DNA of 64,000 bases from Octopus sinensis (taxonomy: Eukaryota): NCBI RefSeq assembly GCF_006345805.1, contig NC_042997.1, positions 4,340,001 to 4,404,000 on the forward strand, in the 5' to 3' direction. The position numbers and the translations under genes are program-made. Positions within the stretch are counted from its first letter, which is position 1. Each line of letters starts with the position of its first letter. This document shows positions 12,461 through 25,989 of the stretch, in pieces. The notes beneath the pieces were generated by a model. It did no database searches, was not told where the DNA came from, and worked only from the letters and a program-made list of their open reading frames with translations.

Positions 12461-13837
12461 AGAAGAAAGAAGGAAAAAATAATAATAGATACAAATACTC
12501 ATGACCCAGGCATGTGTTTAGCCACCGGTTGTGTATCGTCGTTTGCTTTACAACTTTAATCAACCAGTCGTTGAAGATCGAACAGTTATAATGGTTGTAT
12601 CTTGCGCTTGCATATTTCTTGCGTCAGAATTAAAAGAATTCCGAAATTTATTTTCAAAGGACGATATGACTTTAACATATGATTTAGCTTTCATAAATCA
12701 TGGAAAAAGAGGAATAAACAGAAGTTGATTTGGAGAGAGAATTTATAGTTGCCAAACAAAACTCACGTTATATATTTTTTTATAAATAGTGATTTCGCCT
12801 TGTAACAGGTTCATGTTTAATAATATTATCACTGCTACGACTTCTCTGGGTAGAGGAACAAGAACAGTAAGTTTGAAACGACATGTAATACACAAGGAAA
12901 ACAACCTGAGAAATGAGAAACGGCACCAGAGCAAAGCGAAGGCAAAAATAATGGTGATAATAAAAGAAACCGTGCCCAAAAAATGTATAATGAATTCATG
13001 CGCGTGTAATTATTCCAGGTTTTTATAAACCAGGCAATGTTGGCAACTTAAAAACTTCGGAAACATTTAATTAACGGTGCTATCTCATATATAATAGAGA
13101 AAACGTGTGTATTTGTGTTTGAAAGAGAGGGCGTTATATTTTTATTACCTCATACACAGCATAAACGTCAGAGAAAGGTGAAATATCGTAAAGCAATAAC
13201 TCCAAATCCGATGTCAATTTTCTCTTTTTTTTTAACCATGTTTCATGTATGAAATGTTTAGCTTATGTTTTTATTAAATCTTTGTAATAAAAAAATATTT
13301 TATATGTAATACAAAGTATTCTACATGTAATGCATTTATACATCTCCACACAAATTTCATCACTCGAATATCAGATCTTGTTAAGTTTAAATGCATTTTA
13401 AAAAATAATGTAGAATATGAGCCAGAGGGTCAGAAAATTGTATGTAATAAAAGTGCAATATAAAAATAAAATATTTCTTAAAATACATAAAAAAACCCAA
13501 ACTTTTAAAGCTAAACAATGTAATTGCTACATTATTTCCGGTATAATTTGGTCATGCAAGGTTAGTCTCGAGAGAACATAAACAATCTCATATCCATGTT
13601 TTTACATACCGCTCTGTCAAAGAAGATTTTAAAATGATATAAATGGGGAAACAATATTTTTCTCATTACGATATTCACCTCAATAAAAATATTACTCTGG
13701 GTTAAGATATGGCAAGACTTGAAAGAAAACAAAACAAACGAGAAAGAAAGCAACTGCATATTCTATGACTTCGATGATTAACAACCTGAGATATATTCAG
13801 CACAAATTATGACATTTGTCTTAACATATAAGGATAC

Positions 13838-13909
<72 letters not shown>

Positions 13910-14049
13910 ATGGGGAATAACAACGAGCGCATTGATTACAATGATACGATACATTTCTATTTACATTTTTAAAAAGTAGATTAAGAGAGTTCATGATGCT
14001 AATTTGGAAAAAACTTAAACACAAGAAGAATCTAAAAGGAAACAGTCCT

Positions 14050-14246
14050 TCTAAATCGATTATGTATTCAAAGCCTGCAATTTGAGTGGAACTCGACTCC
14101 AGAGTTCAAATAGTACTTACATCACCGACCCTAAAAGAATTGAATATAAAGTCGACCGCGTGGGAATCTGGTATTAGACCGTAAAGATGGACGAAATGTC
14201 GCTAAATATTTTCTGCGGCCTGCTAATTATTCTGCCATGTCGCTGC
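14050..14246 (-). mobile_element. tRNA-derived SINE (family A), decayed
   Basis: Carries the AAAGTCGACC, CGACCC and TTCTGCCA..TCGC motifs shared with copies at 17.7, 28.7, 29.6, 34.9, 57.3 and 60.1-60.6 kb. Confidence 0.7.
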
Positions 14247-15131
14247 ATTAAAGAACGCAATATATTGAAAGAAACATTAAATTTGAACATAATGTTTGTT
14301 ATATGTCAATGTTTCGGTGAGAAAACGTTAGTCCTCCAGTTGCAAATATCTTGTTTGTGAGTATTTCGCTGTTTAGATATTCACTACACCCCGTTTGCGA
14401 CAGATAATGTAGCAATAACTTCTACGCATCAATAAATTCTCATTCACTTGAAGCAACTTACATTCCATTCTATATGAGAAAACCATGCTGCATGGTCTGC
14501 TATAAATGTATTTCTCCTGGCAAATATATTGTGCGCTCCAGAACATTATTAAACATTTTCTAGTCAGAGAATAATGATGAAATTAGTAATCATTTTCTTT
14601 TTTTAATTTAGCTACTATTACAATAATTAACACTGACGCGGCATATCGCTAATTGATTAGCATGATAAAATATAAATATTTAAGTTTATTAGCACCACTA
14701 AATGTCACAAGCCAGATCACATAAAACACGTTAGGACTCATTTTGAAGCTCGTACTTCTAATCCAAGATAACAACTTAAATTAACGATAAACATTAAAAA
14801 CGCATTATAATTAACATTCAAAGGAGGAATGTTATTACGTTGCATGTAACAGATGCAAAACAAAATGAAATAAAAATAATTAACTGTAGAAAATTAATGA
14901 CACCAGCTCGAGGAAACAACTATTTCGAAATAAGCATTAATTAAAGTTGAGGAGAAAATGTACATGCAGAACAACATGTATAGGAATATATATTTATTTT
15001 TGGACAATTGACTTATGAATCAAACAATACGCTATATCAGAATATATACATATTTACATATGTAATTCTCACTCCCTCTCTCCCTCTCTCTCTTTCACTC
15101 TCTGTCTAAACCTATAGGAATGTATATATGC

Positions 15132-15165
<34 letters not shown>

Positions 15166-17624
15166 TTAACGTGAAGGTAGCGACATTATTAGTACTATGC
15201 TATAATCTACGTTCTGGCTAACCACTTCGGATAATAGAGAGCCTACTTCTCTCAATATATACCTTCCGAGTTCACTTCATTGGATCTTATTTGTTTGGCT
15301 GCCACTTTTCAATTTCTTTTCCAATTGATTTCATATTCGGTGTAATGATGTAGTTTTATATGCTAATCATTGCGAGGGAATCGATTTCCGCCATAAAGAC
15401 TTATTAAATTTTATATTCTGAAAATATTGGGCAATTTTAGCCAATCATAATTCACAGACACAGTCATGTGTGTTTCCATAGTAACAAGCCAAACATGAGA
15501 AATCTTTTGTCTGCAAATTTTCTGACTGAGAGACATATGGTGAAAAATATATTCGACGTGAAATTACGCGCGTTCACGCTGTTTTCCGCTGGTTGTCCCC
15601 ATGTACTTGGAATGTTTACGTTTACGTACCTGAAAATTGTAATTTGTTCGAGAAATTCTTGGAATGCATTTCAAACTTTTATTTCCAATGAACTGGGTGA
15701 CAAGATGTTTGCATTTGACAAAATATTTAATTTGTGTTGTACTGTGCTAAAAGTTTATTTTGAAAAAATTCCATAAAATTTTAAATGTTGTGAAGTTTTA
15801 TATGTCGTGCATAAAGCAGAATCCCCCAGTATTGTATTTGTTTACAGTTTCAGATTAAAACACGTGCTAATTTCAGAATGGAGGCAACTTGTACAGTTAA
15901 GCACAAAACGACAACCTGCAAATCCTGTTTTCTGACTGGATAAAAATTATCAAATTTCAGACCTTTATAACTTTTGTTTCAAAACATTCTGGAAAAATTG
16001 TAATATCTCCCAAGATTTCGCGTGGAAAATTACATCAATAAGATGCAGCCGAACAGAAAAGATTCGTATTTTATACTACATACAGAATATATGATCAAGA
16101 CTTCTTAAAAGGAATGAAGAATTTATATATCTTCGAAATTTCGATATTTCTGCATTATCATTCTCGTTAAATTCATATTAGATTCTAATCCAACTTATAT
16201 TTCTACAGCATAAATATCTTAATGTCCGTTGATGTTGCGTATATATGCATTTAATTGGTTCAGGTGCAGTACATATTCATGCAGGGTAGACATAATTATG
16301 TAGCTTAGTTCAAGGTTTTACGCATGCGGCAGGAAGAAGCTGAGGAATCCTGTGTTAGAATGTTCTTCTTGAAATATATTTTAGGTGAGAGCACCATGAC
16401 GTCTTAGTGTACATGGTAGTAGAAATTGCTTTCACATACCATATTGTTATACACCTTAGTATCATTGAAATTTAGAAGGAGCTTTTTGAATTTGTGGGAA
16501 TAATTTATTTTGTATTCCTAGAAGGAAAATAGCGTAATTTGTTTAGGATTCCTTCGCCTCACTGATCATTTATAGCAAAGATAATATAATAATATATCAG
16601 ATAAATAATTAATTAATCACAAGAAAGTGGGAATAAAGGGAAAAGAAAAATAATAAAAAGAAATATGGTTAATTGTGTGATTATTAAAGAATCGCTAGCG
16701 TATATCTACGACCATATGACTAGATGAACTTTTGAACCTCTTGTGACCATGTAACATCCTATTAAAAATCCTTATTTTGAAATTATTTTGTAAAAAAAAT
16801 GCACGTACTCAGAACTGTATGTTTGGTGATATGATAACTTGTAATTAGAGATAAAGTCAGGGAATATACTTTTCAAACATAAATTCAATTTCAATTTTCC
16901 ACTAGTATATGGTGTAGCACTACTTATTAGTAACCATTTAATATCATATTCAGTATTCTTAACCTTTAAAAAACACATTAACTATAAACATTAAATATTA
17001 ACTCAAAATCTAACGATAAGCAAATGTTGCAATCAAAGTAGTAACTTACATTTTTACCCATAACGCCTTTTCGATTGGGGACTAATGTGAATTTAATAAG
17101 AATAATACTGTAATAAACAATTTTATTACTGATGCCTCGATTTTATAATCTTTATGCTGTATAAAAATCAATGAAGCGAACTCATGATTTGCCGTTTGAG
17201 TGAAGTACCCTCCAATTTGTTTCAAGTAAGAGGGATGAAGCTGAAATAGATTTTAACCGAAATGTGCACATGGTTATAGAACAGATACTGTAAAATTTAG
17301 GATAAATACCATTCAAAGACTGAGAACATGGAAACGCAATGTCGCCCTGCAATCTACAGTAGACTACTCGACAAAGTGAATGGATGGATAGCTTCAAAAT
17401 TAAATGAAGTATAAGATGGAATTCATGCATTCATTTGAAAATTTCGAAATTAGGCTACTCTATTTCAAATCTTATGTACATATAATAAAATAAATACACA
17501 ATGTTTACTGGCTGTAATTTTTTAATTTTTAATTAACTGACTAGCTTGAAAATTTGACATAACCATACCAAAATAATTTTTGCGAGCGATATCCATAAAA
17601 GCGGTCAGTATTTTATATTCATTT

Positions 17625-17790
17625 CTACTCTAGGCACAAGGCTAGAAAATCTCTGATGAGGGTCCGGTCGATTAGATCGACCCCAGTACGAAAAGGTTTC
17701 TTAATTTATCGAAACCGAAAGAATGAAAAGCTAAGTCGACATCGGCGGAATTTGAACTCACAACGTAATGACAGGCGAAATACCGCATCC
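17625..17790 (-). mobile_element. tRNA-derived SINE (family A)
   Basis: GGTCGATTAGATCGACCCCAGT..GAATGAAAAGCTAAGTCGAC..GGCGGAATTTGAACTCA; B-box GAGTTCAAATTCC on the minus strand. Confidence 0.85.
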
Positions 17791-17932
17791 ACGTGTGTGT
17801 GAGTGTGCCCGCGCGAGAGCGTATGTATTTCTTTGTGTGGGTTTGTGTGTATGCGTGTATATGTTCACGTGCGCATGCATATCTGAGTTTTTGTTTTTGT
17901 GTGCATCTGTGTGTATGTGTGTGTGTGTGTGT

Positions 17933-17978
<46 letters not shown>

Positions 17979-18206
17979 GTGTGTGTGTGTGTGTGTGTGT
18001 GTGTGCATAATAGACTAGGAGCATATTGTGCACAATTTTATGCAAATGTAATACGTTTATCTCTGATTTCATTCAGCATAATATAAATTGCAGTTTGCAT
18101 GTGAGGAGAAGAAAACAAAATGTGACATACACATATTTAACAATAAGTATTTTAAATATATATATATATATATTTAAATAGTCATATTATAGCTGGGAGA
18201 TAAAAG

Positions 18207-18340
18207 GATACTCATCTTAGCCGCCCTCAGCTTCCACTACAATCTCAATATTGATATGGAACCTGGAGCCTGTGTTCTTTACGGTGTCCATCGAAAGTGC
18301 TTTGAACAGAACCTTGAGCTTGGCCACCAGAAGAGAATCT
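18207..18340 (-). mobile_element. Tc1/mariner transposase C-terminal relic
   Basis: Minus-strand translation DSLLVAKLKVLFKALSMDTVKNTGSRFHINIEIVVEAEGG* matches the typical Tc1-class C-terminus (..R.R.EAVVEAEGG). Confidence 0.6.
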
Positions 18341-18768
18341 GGTTTCTTTCACAACCGCGCCTATCACATCTCACACATAGAATTCCTCACAATTAAAACA
18401 GGGTCTGATTAGGGAACGTGAAACTCTAGGTAACAGTTTTTGCAATATTTTTGTTGCTTTGCTTCACATTTATGAGCTTACTCTGGTATATATATATATG
18501 AGAGAAAATGAAAATAGAATTTTAAAATCCTGGCACATATCATTTATGCACACTGTATAAAGGAATAGAGTTAAGTATCCAACAAGTAGATACAATTATA
18601 TGTATCCAAAATACAACACTTGATGTATGGCATAAAAATTAATTATTTTTTATGCAGAAGTTTATGAAATTTAGAATATGAACAACGATCAACAATATTA
18701 CAATGATAATATCGTTATTTGAGATGACACCTTAAAAATCCCAAGTTGTTTCAATTGAATTAAGACAC

Positions 18769-18801
<33 letters not shown>

Positions 18802-18806
18802 TACAT

Positions 18807-18876
<70 letters not shown>

Positions 18877-18907
18877 GTAATATTATTACAATTAATCATT
18901 GAACTAG

Positions 18908-18936
18908 TATTAGGTTGTTCCAAAATCATTGCCGCT
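18908..18936 (+). repeat. Solo mariner-type TIR remnant
   Basis: TATTAGGTTGTTCCAAAATCATTGCCGCT resembles mariner TIRs of the TATTAGGTTGGTGCAAAAGTAATTGCGGT type. Confidence 0.45.
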
Positions 18937-19189
18937 CTAATTGTTGTGTTTTGAAACTCAATTTTGTTATAGTATGTCAATTATAATTTAGGTGAACTTT
19001 GACATACTTAATAAATAATATATGCCCTTTAAAAATGTTCTAAGCATTTCATATAAAAAGCATTACAACTTGCTATTTCATGCTTGTAAGTCCAATGCTC
19101 TAACCACAGGGCCATGCACCTTCTCAGGGTGGGACTTTATAATACGTTGTCATTATTATTACTCAATTTGTTCATCGTGTAGAAATATA

Positions 19190-20102
19190 TGCGTGAAGGT
19201 AACCAAAAGTTACAAGACGTTTTCACTGTGGGATACGCCCGTTGTAGCTCAAGCGTGCAACGGTAGAAGGCGTTTGATGCGGACCTCAGACATCGGTTTG
19301 CCGACGGGTATCGTCTCGTGGAGTCGTAGCACAAGGTGTTGCATCTTTGTTTAGCAGTGCTTCTCCTCTGTTCGTCGATTATTGCCTGGGCTTAAATTAG
19401 GATACCGCGTGCTTCAGTAAAATTGAGCATTCTGCTGGGGACAACGGCGGCCGAAATATTTGTGATGCTTCAAACAGCTTACAATGACGCTGCCATGATC
19501 AAGACACATAATTACGAGGGGATTCCACGCTTTAGGATTGATCACTTGTCATTTGAATACCATTCTCGTTCAAGGCGACCACTGACCCACTGAATAAATG
19601 AAAACAATGAAAATTCACGAACTGATCTTGGAAGACCGTCATTGAACAATGAAGTATTATTTTTATGAATGGTGTGTTCTGGAGCTGCTCCTGCTCAAGA
19701 GTTTTGAATGAAGAAGTTCGAATGAAAAGAGTTGCAGCAAAATTTGAGCCTCGCTTAATCACGGAAGCACAAAAGTATTAACGAATGGTGTGTGTTGTGA
19801 ACTGAAAGAAATGTTGGAAGTTCATTCGGACTTTATTCAAAGGCTTCATCACTGGTGATGAAAACCAGTGCTACGAAATTTGCCGATATGGAAGAGGTGA
19901 AGGAATAAACGATGGGGGGGGGGGGTTAAAGGCATCACCTCGAAAGAGTTCCAGGACAGCTTCGAACAGTGGAATACGCACGTGGACCGATGCATTGCTT
20001 AAACTGAAACATATTTTGAAGGCGATAAAAGTGTAAACATGTAAATCTATGTGAATATAATAATAGTGAGGAATTCTGGTTACTTTTGAGTAATTCCTCG
20101 TA
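19190..20102 (+). mobile_element. Internally deleted mariner element (transposase pseudogene)
   Basis: Motifs: VKLSILLGTTAAEIFVMLQTAYND (HTH), KRVAAKFEPRLIT (WVP-like linker) and FITGDE (first D), fused directly to the C-terminal FADMEEVKE..FEQW..DRCIA..YFEGD. Degenerate ~29-bp TIRs with TA flanks. Confidence 0.9.
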
Positions 20103-20107
20103 TATAT

Positions 20108-20213
20108 ATTCAACATTATTTTACTTCTTTGAAATTTACAAAAATAGAAGCATGTGATTGTCAACTTCGGAACGTATTGATGTTGTTTTGCTCGCACCTT
20201 TTGGCCCACTCCG

Positions 20214-20283
<70 letters not shown>

Positions 20284-20350
20284 CGTTCCGAAGTTGACAA
20301 TCACATGCTTCTATTTTTGTAAATTTCAAAGAAGTAAAATAATGTTGAAT
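20108..20350. repeat. Perfect 69-bp inverted repeat
   Basis: 20108-20176 is the exact reverse complement of 20282-20350; the spacer is a short unique stretch plus (TA)n. Confidence 0.95.
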
Positions 20351-20380
20351 ATATATATATATATATATCTATATATATAT

Positions 20381-20445
<65 letters not shown>

Positions 20446-21495
20446 TTAAATGGGGTGGGACCGCCTTTCGCAGTATTTACTGCTTGAATTATGTGAGGTG
20501 TGGACTCCTTCAAAATTTGAATTTTTACCATTCTTCAGCTAAAATATTCTCCAGTTACTGTAGTGATGATGGTGGATGATATTGACTCCTTAGTTGATTT
20601 TTTTTTAAATGCACCTTAAATGTTCAATAGTATTGAGATCTGGGGACTGTGGTGGCCAGACAAGATGATTTACTTCACAAGAATTTTCCTCATGATATTC
20701 AGTAACTGCCTTACCGGTAAGAATTGGTGGATTATCATCCTTAAAGATTGCGTTTCCCTATGAAAACAGTTCCGCAAACATAGGTTGAATTTGATCAGAT
20801 AAAATGCTTAAATAGTGCTTAACTATTACTTCTGCCATGATGAGAAACCATTGGACTGGTGGATTTCCAATTTAGAGCCCCTTAGTTTATGGCAGTTCCT
20901 CCTGCATGTTTAACAGTTGGAAGAAGGCAGTCTTTTTGAAAGTAGTCTTTTTCTGATTGTAGCCCTCCCGTGAAAGCCGTTTTTGTATAGCTCCCGGTGA
21001 ACAGTGTTTGTGGAAATTGTGTTTCTTAAGGTGGTCATTAAGTTCAGTACTACTTTTGGAGGCTGTACTTTTGTGATCCTTTCTAACAATTCGCATAAGA
21101 GTCTAACGGTCCCTATCTGAAAGTTTTGGCTTTCTTCAGGAGTTTTGTTTCGAAGAGGGATTTTCTCCCTTCTTCACAAATGCTGTCATTACTTTCGAGA
21201 CAGTTCTTTTTGATACACCAAACATCTCAGCTGTTTTCATTAGGCTAGCGCCTGCCATACTAGTCTCAGTAATTTGACCTCTTTGAAAGTCCCATAGATC
21301 TGTCATTTTAATGAATATTAATTACCTTTTTGTTATGATATCTGAAAAGAAACAACAATTTTAGTAAAACATATCAATCAATAAAAGTAATAAATCAAAA
21401 AACGTAAAAATATACAAGATTTTGATGGTTTTATAGATATTTCAAAATTATGATGCTCTGATACTATGTGTTTCCAATATTTTGTCCAGACCCTG
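20446..21495 (-). mobile_element. Tc1-like element, internally deleted, 3' TIR missing
   Basis: 5' TIR CAGGGTCTGGACAAAATATTGGAAACAC after TA; ATG at 21306 (MTDLWDFQRGQI..). RKRLLSK is fused to DCLLPTVKH (first catalytic D region deleted), followed by FKDDNPP, WPPQSPDLNTIEH and AKGGPTPF*. Confidence 0.93.
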
Positions 21496-21513
21496 TATAT
21501 ATATTATATATAT

Positions 21514-21593
<80 letters not shown>

Positions 21594-22869
21594 CATACAT
21601 ATGTGTATGTGTGTATATAACTATATATATGCGTGTAGTATGTATATATGTACGTATGTATTCAAGTATGTACATTACCAAGCAGTTGTGTTTGCATAGT
21701 TTTATAGGGAAAGACACTGATGTTGAATTTACACGAAAGCCTGCAGCACACTCTTTTGTTCCTGTTATTCAAGTTCGGAAATTGTAGTTTGTGTTGACGT
21801 ATATAATATCATACCTATTGCTTTTAATGCGTCATCAATGTTTACGTTTGTCATTATAGCACATCTCTGTTTTACACTAATGACAGTTAATGTAACATTA
21901 ATAAAAGCCGTAAGCATCTAATGTTATATGCGCCTTTCATGTAAAAATGTATTCATTCCGCCGAGACCGGATACCATGAAATTCAATCAGCCGATTGTTC
22001 GTTGCGACTGTACAAATCGTATATTGATAGTGGATAATATATATATATGGATGTGTGTATGTGTATATATGTTAGTTTGCGTGTGTGTGCGTGTTTATGG
22101 GTATATGCGCGTGAATTCCTGTGTATAACAAGGTTACTCTGTGAAAGGCAAATAGTTTGTATTTCAAGGGATGTGAAGCAAAATAAAAACACGATAATAT
22201 AAATAATATAAATAAGTAAATCAGCATAGAATGACAAATCGCAAATTTCCTTATTATTGTAGCTTTGTGTACTTCCATCATTTCCTACATCTCAGAGAAT
22301 GACACGCTTCTTGATCATCAGTTTTGTTGAGCTTATCACTACAACCAATATATTCAAGTATGTGGTTATCCATTCATATAGTAAAACTAGAGTCTGTATT
22401 AAAGTGACTGCTTTTGAATAGCTGTGTATAAGAGCGGAGGTACATATTTCAAAGAAAATGCGAAATAAAATTTAGGGCATGAATGAATGTGTATTCCGCG
22501 TTCTAAATATTTAAATAAGGGAGAGGCAAACTAAAATATATGAAAATTAGGTTTTATATTAGGCTTTATATTTATACTTTATTAGTGTGCGTTTCAGTAT
22601 TTTACAGGTTGCGCCGGAGCAAATTAAAATATAATGAACAGGTAATAAATCAGTTCTACCACAGGCGTAGAATTAAAAAAATTGGTTGAAAGATTAAGCG
22701 ACTGGAATAAATCAAATACTTGACTTATATATTATTTTATCAACTCGGAGGGAATAACATGCATAGTCAGCTATTCTGTGAAAATACGACTAGGAATTAG
22801 GAAAAATGAAAAGGAAAGACAGCCATGTTATCTTATTCGTGAGCTTATGATTCTGTTAATCCTTAGTAC

Positions 22870-23168
<299 letters not shown>

Positions 23169-23948
23169 AAGGGCATTCTGGAAGCTCATTCGTACATACA
23201 AGGTTTCTAACATCCTAAAATCACAGAAGATATGATGAGGATTAAGGAGTTACATAAAATATGGAGGCGGGGAATGACACTACACGATAAAATACGTTTG
23301 ACTTCTGACAGTATATATATATATATATACACACACATAAATACATATCACTTATTGCAATTATTATTTACGTGTTTCAATTGTTGTTTGTGTTTGAGGA
23401 TTATTGGGGTTCTTTCATTTTCATAAATAATTGTCCGTAAACCACAAGTTTCTTTCCGACAGTCAGAGTCGAAAAGTTTTTCTTCCGATATCTGTGCTTC
23501 TCTGTTTTGCTTTTAATCGCTTGTGTCACCACAGTTCTCCGACTCTTATGTTTCTTCGGAAATGGTTTTCCACAAATTAAGGGCAGTTGTGTTTGAAAAA
23601 AATCTGGCCCCTTCTTTTACCGAAGCGCCAGTTCTAAAGACAATGCATAAGATACATCTCTCTTTAAAAAGAAGCTATCACCTCAGTTATCTGTAATCGC
23701 ATTTTAAAACTTATTTCCGATTTGACAAGAGAGTAACCCCTATGTTTTTGTCCAGGCACACACATGGTACTATTTTGCAATTTTCATACCTTGACAAAAA
23801 ATTTCTACTACAGTAACATGTGTCTTAAGATTCCATGCAATTTTCATCGTGGTAATATGAATAATTTTTCTTGTATATATCATTGCCAAGTATAGGTCTT
23901 CAGTATAGGTTTTAACAAAAGATAAGTATACCTGTCAGTGTTACTTTC

Positions 23949-24488
23949 TTAGTGGATTACGTCAATACGTGTTAATAATATTAGATTTGTTCCAGAAAAA
24001 TTATTTTGGTTATATACATAATTCATGATTCTAAACAAAACTTTCGTTTTTGCTCTTTTACAAGCGCTAATGTCACAAACGCAATATTGTTGCAAAAGGG
24101 ATTCACGAAAACGATAGACGCGTTCCATTGGTTTGGATTCCACAAAGCAGTTTGTGTAGCCGTATTTCGTACTTTGATAAATATGTTGTACATTATTCTG
24201 GCTTTGTACTACAGCAGAACAACTTGGTTCATGCAACAGAAACAGCAACCTGTGAGTCAAGTTACAAGAAAACGGCATTTTGTGATTTCTGGTTAAGAAC
24301 AATTTACTTTTATTTCTACTGGATTGACTTTGAGTTTTCCTGCTATTCAAGATTATCGCAACAGCAGAGAACGCATCGCTCAGTGCTTCCTCGATGATGG
24401 AGCACAGACTTTTGTGGCAAGTTAAAGATAGAGCTAGGCAATGACAAGTCCGAAGGATGGTGAAATAACCCTTCGTTCTCATGTTCAT
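23949..24488 (-). other. Longest non-repetitive unexplained ORF (179 aa), function unknown
   Basis: Listed in the ORF track; not low-complexity and no family motif recognised with confidence. Confidence 0.2.
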
Positions 24489-24846
24489 TTAACTCCGATA
24501 TATAATGTCCAAGAAACGTAACATGTCTGTGAAAATATTTTATTTCTGAAAATATTCGGCGCATTGTGCCTTGTAAAATTATATATACTGTGATTATGCT
24601 ATAATGATAGAAATTTAAATGCTTTTACGATTTCAAAATAGGACGGCTACAACATAAATATTTGAAACGTATTAATGAAATAAAAACATATTCTAAAAAT
24701 TTGCAGATGCAACCTAGATTATCAGAATGCATTACATTATATACAAAATAGACACGAATATGTAATTTTATAGTCTTATAATCGTGTGTGTATATCGATA
24801 TACGTGTGTATCTAAAGATGTATCTCTATGTATACGTGTTTATACC

Positions 24847-24883
<37 letters not shown>

Positions 24884-24888
24884 TATTA

Positions 24889-24924
<36 letters not shown>

Positions 24925-24945
24925 CATTATTATTATTATTATTAT
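24847..24945. repeat. (ATT)n microsatellite
   Basis: Seen directly. Confidence 0.95.
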
Positions 24946-25217
24946 ATATTTATATATATATGTGTGTATATATATATGCGTGTGGGTGTACGTGTGTCTG
25001 TGTGTGTGCTTATAATTCAAACATTATTAATTTTTAACTGAATGATCTCGAAACTAATGTAATATCTTTCACTAGAAAGAAATGAATAATTCATTCTTTA
25101 GTGAGACTAAGCCATCAAATATTCATATCTATGAAATTAGTATACAATGTAATACTTTCCGAGAATCTATGTACCATCTATTGTTTTTACAAAAGTGTAT
25201 TTTTTAGTTGCATTCCC

Positions 25218-25257
<40 letters not shown>

Positions 25258-25989
25258 GACAATATATTTGGACATGTTTTAATATTCATATTTTTACAAC
25301 TTTACGAATACTTTCATGCTTACACCAAAATCCGTTGAAATGCTTACGGAGTGTCATTGACAGACAGCCAATGTGCTTCACAATTGACAAGTCAATTGGA
25401 ATGGCCTAATGTTTCTTGTAAATACCTTCCGTTAAGCTCCAGCAGACTAATGCTAACGAATGATGTTTTAACTAAACGTTAGCGTGCGACGTTTTCCCTG
25501 TAGGTTTGATAAATTCTAACACAGACTGTATCAATCTCCCTTATTTTCAAATAAATATATCCAGTCAAGTTCTCTGGTAAAGGACTCATCTATAATCAGT
25601 TGCTGAGTAAAACTTTATTCTACAAACAATAGGCTCGCCTTATATACTGCAAAAATTAATGCATATTTAATATATTATAATTATCACTATTGCTATCAAG
25701 ATTTACGTTATTCTTCGTCTTATTGTTTATACAGCGTGGGTCAGAACTTCTGAATAAATTGTTTTCTTTAACATATCTGCTACACGCACTTGAGTTGTTA
25801 GGTGAATAAAATGTAAATATTTACATTATGCTATTGGTTGTTTCTATATCCTTACTTAATAGCATCGGATCCACACGGGTCACTAAATTGTTGCCTCCTT
25901 CCTCGAAAACACAATGAGTGGTTTACAGAGATGTCGTTGATTCGTTATTTATTTATAGATCTTCAGTATGATCACATGACAAGAGACTT

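Noticed and set aside
24030-24120. Helitron Rep-like LLQQYCVCD in the 179-aa ORF
   Set aside because: Only a short match; the downstream LPSSF.G.PRYM and FITFT motifs are not found.
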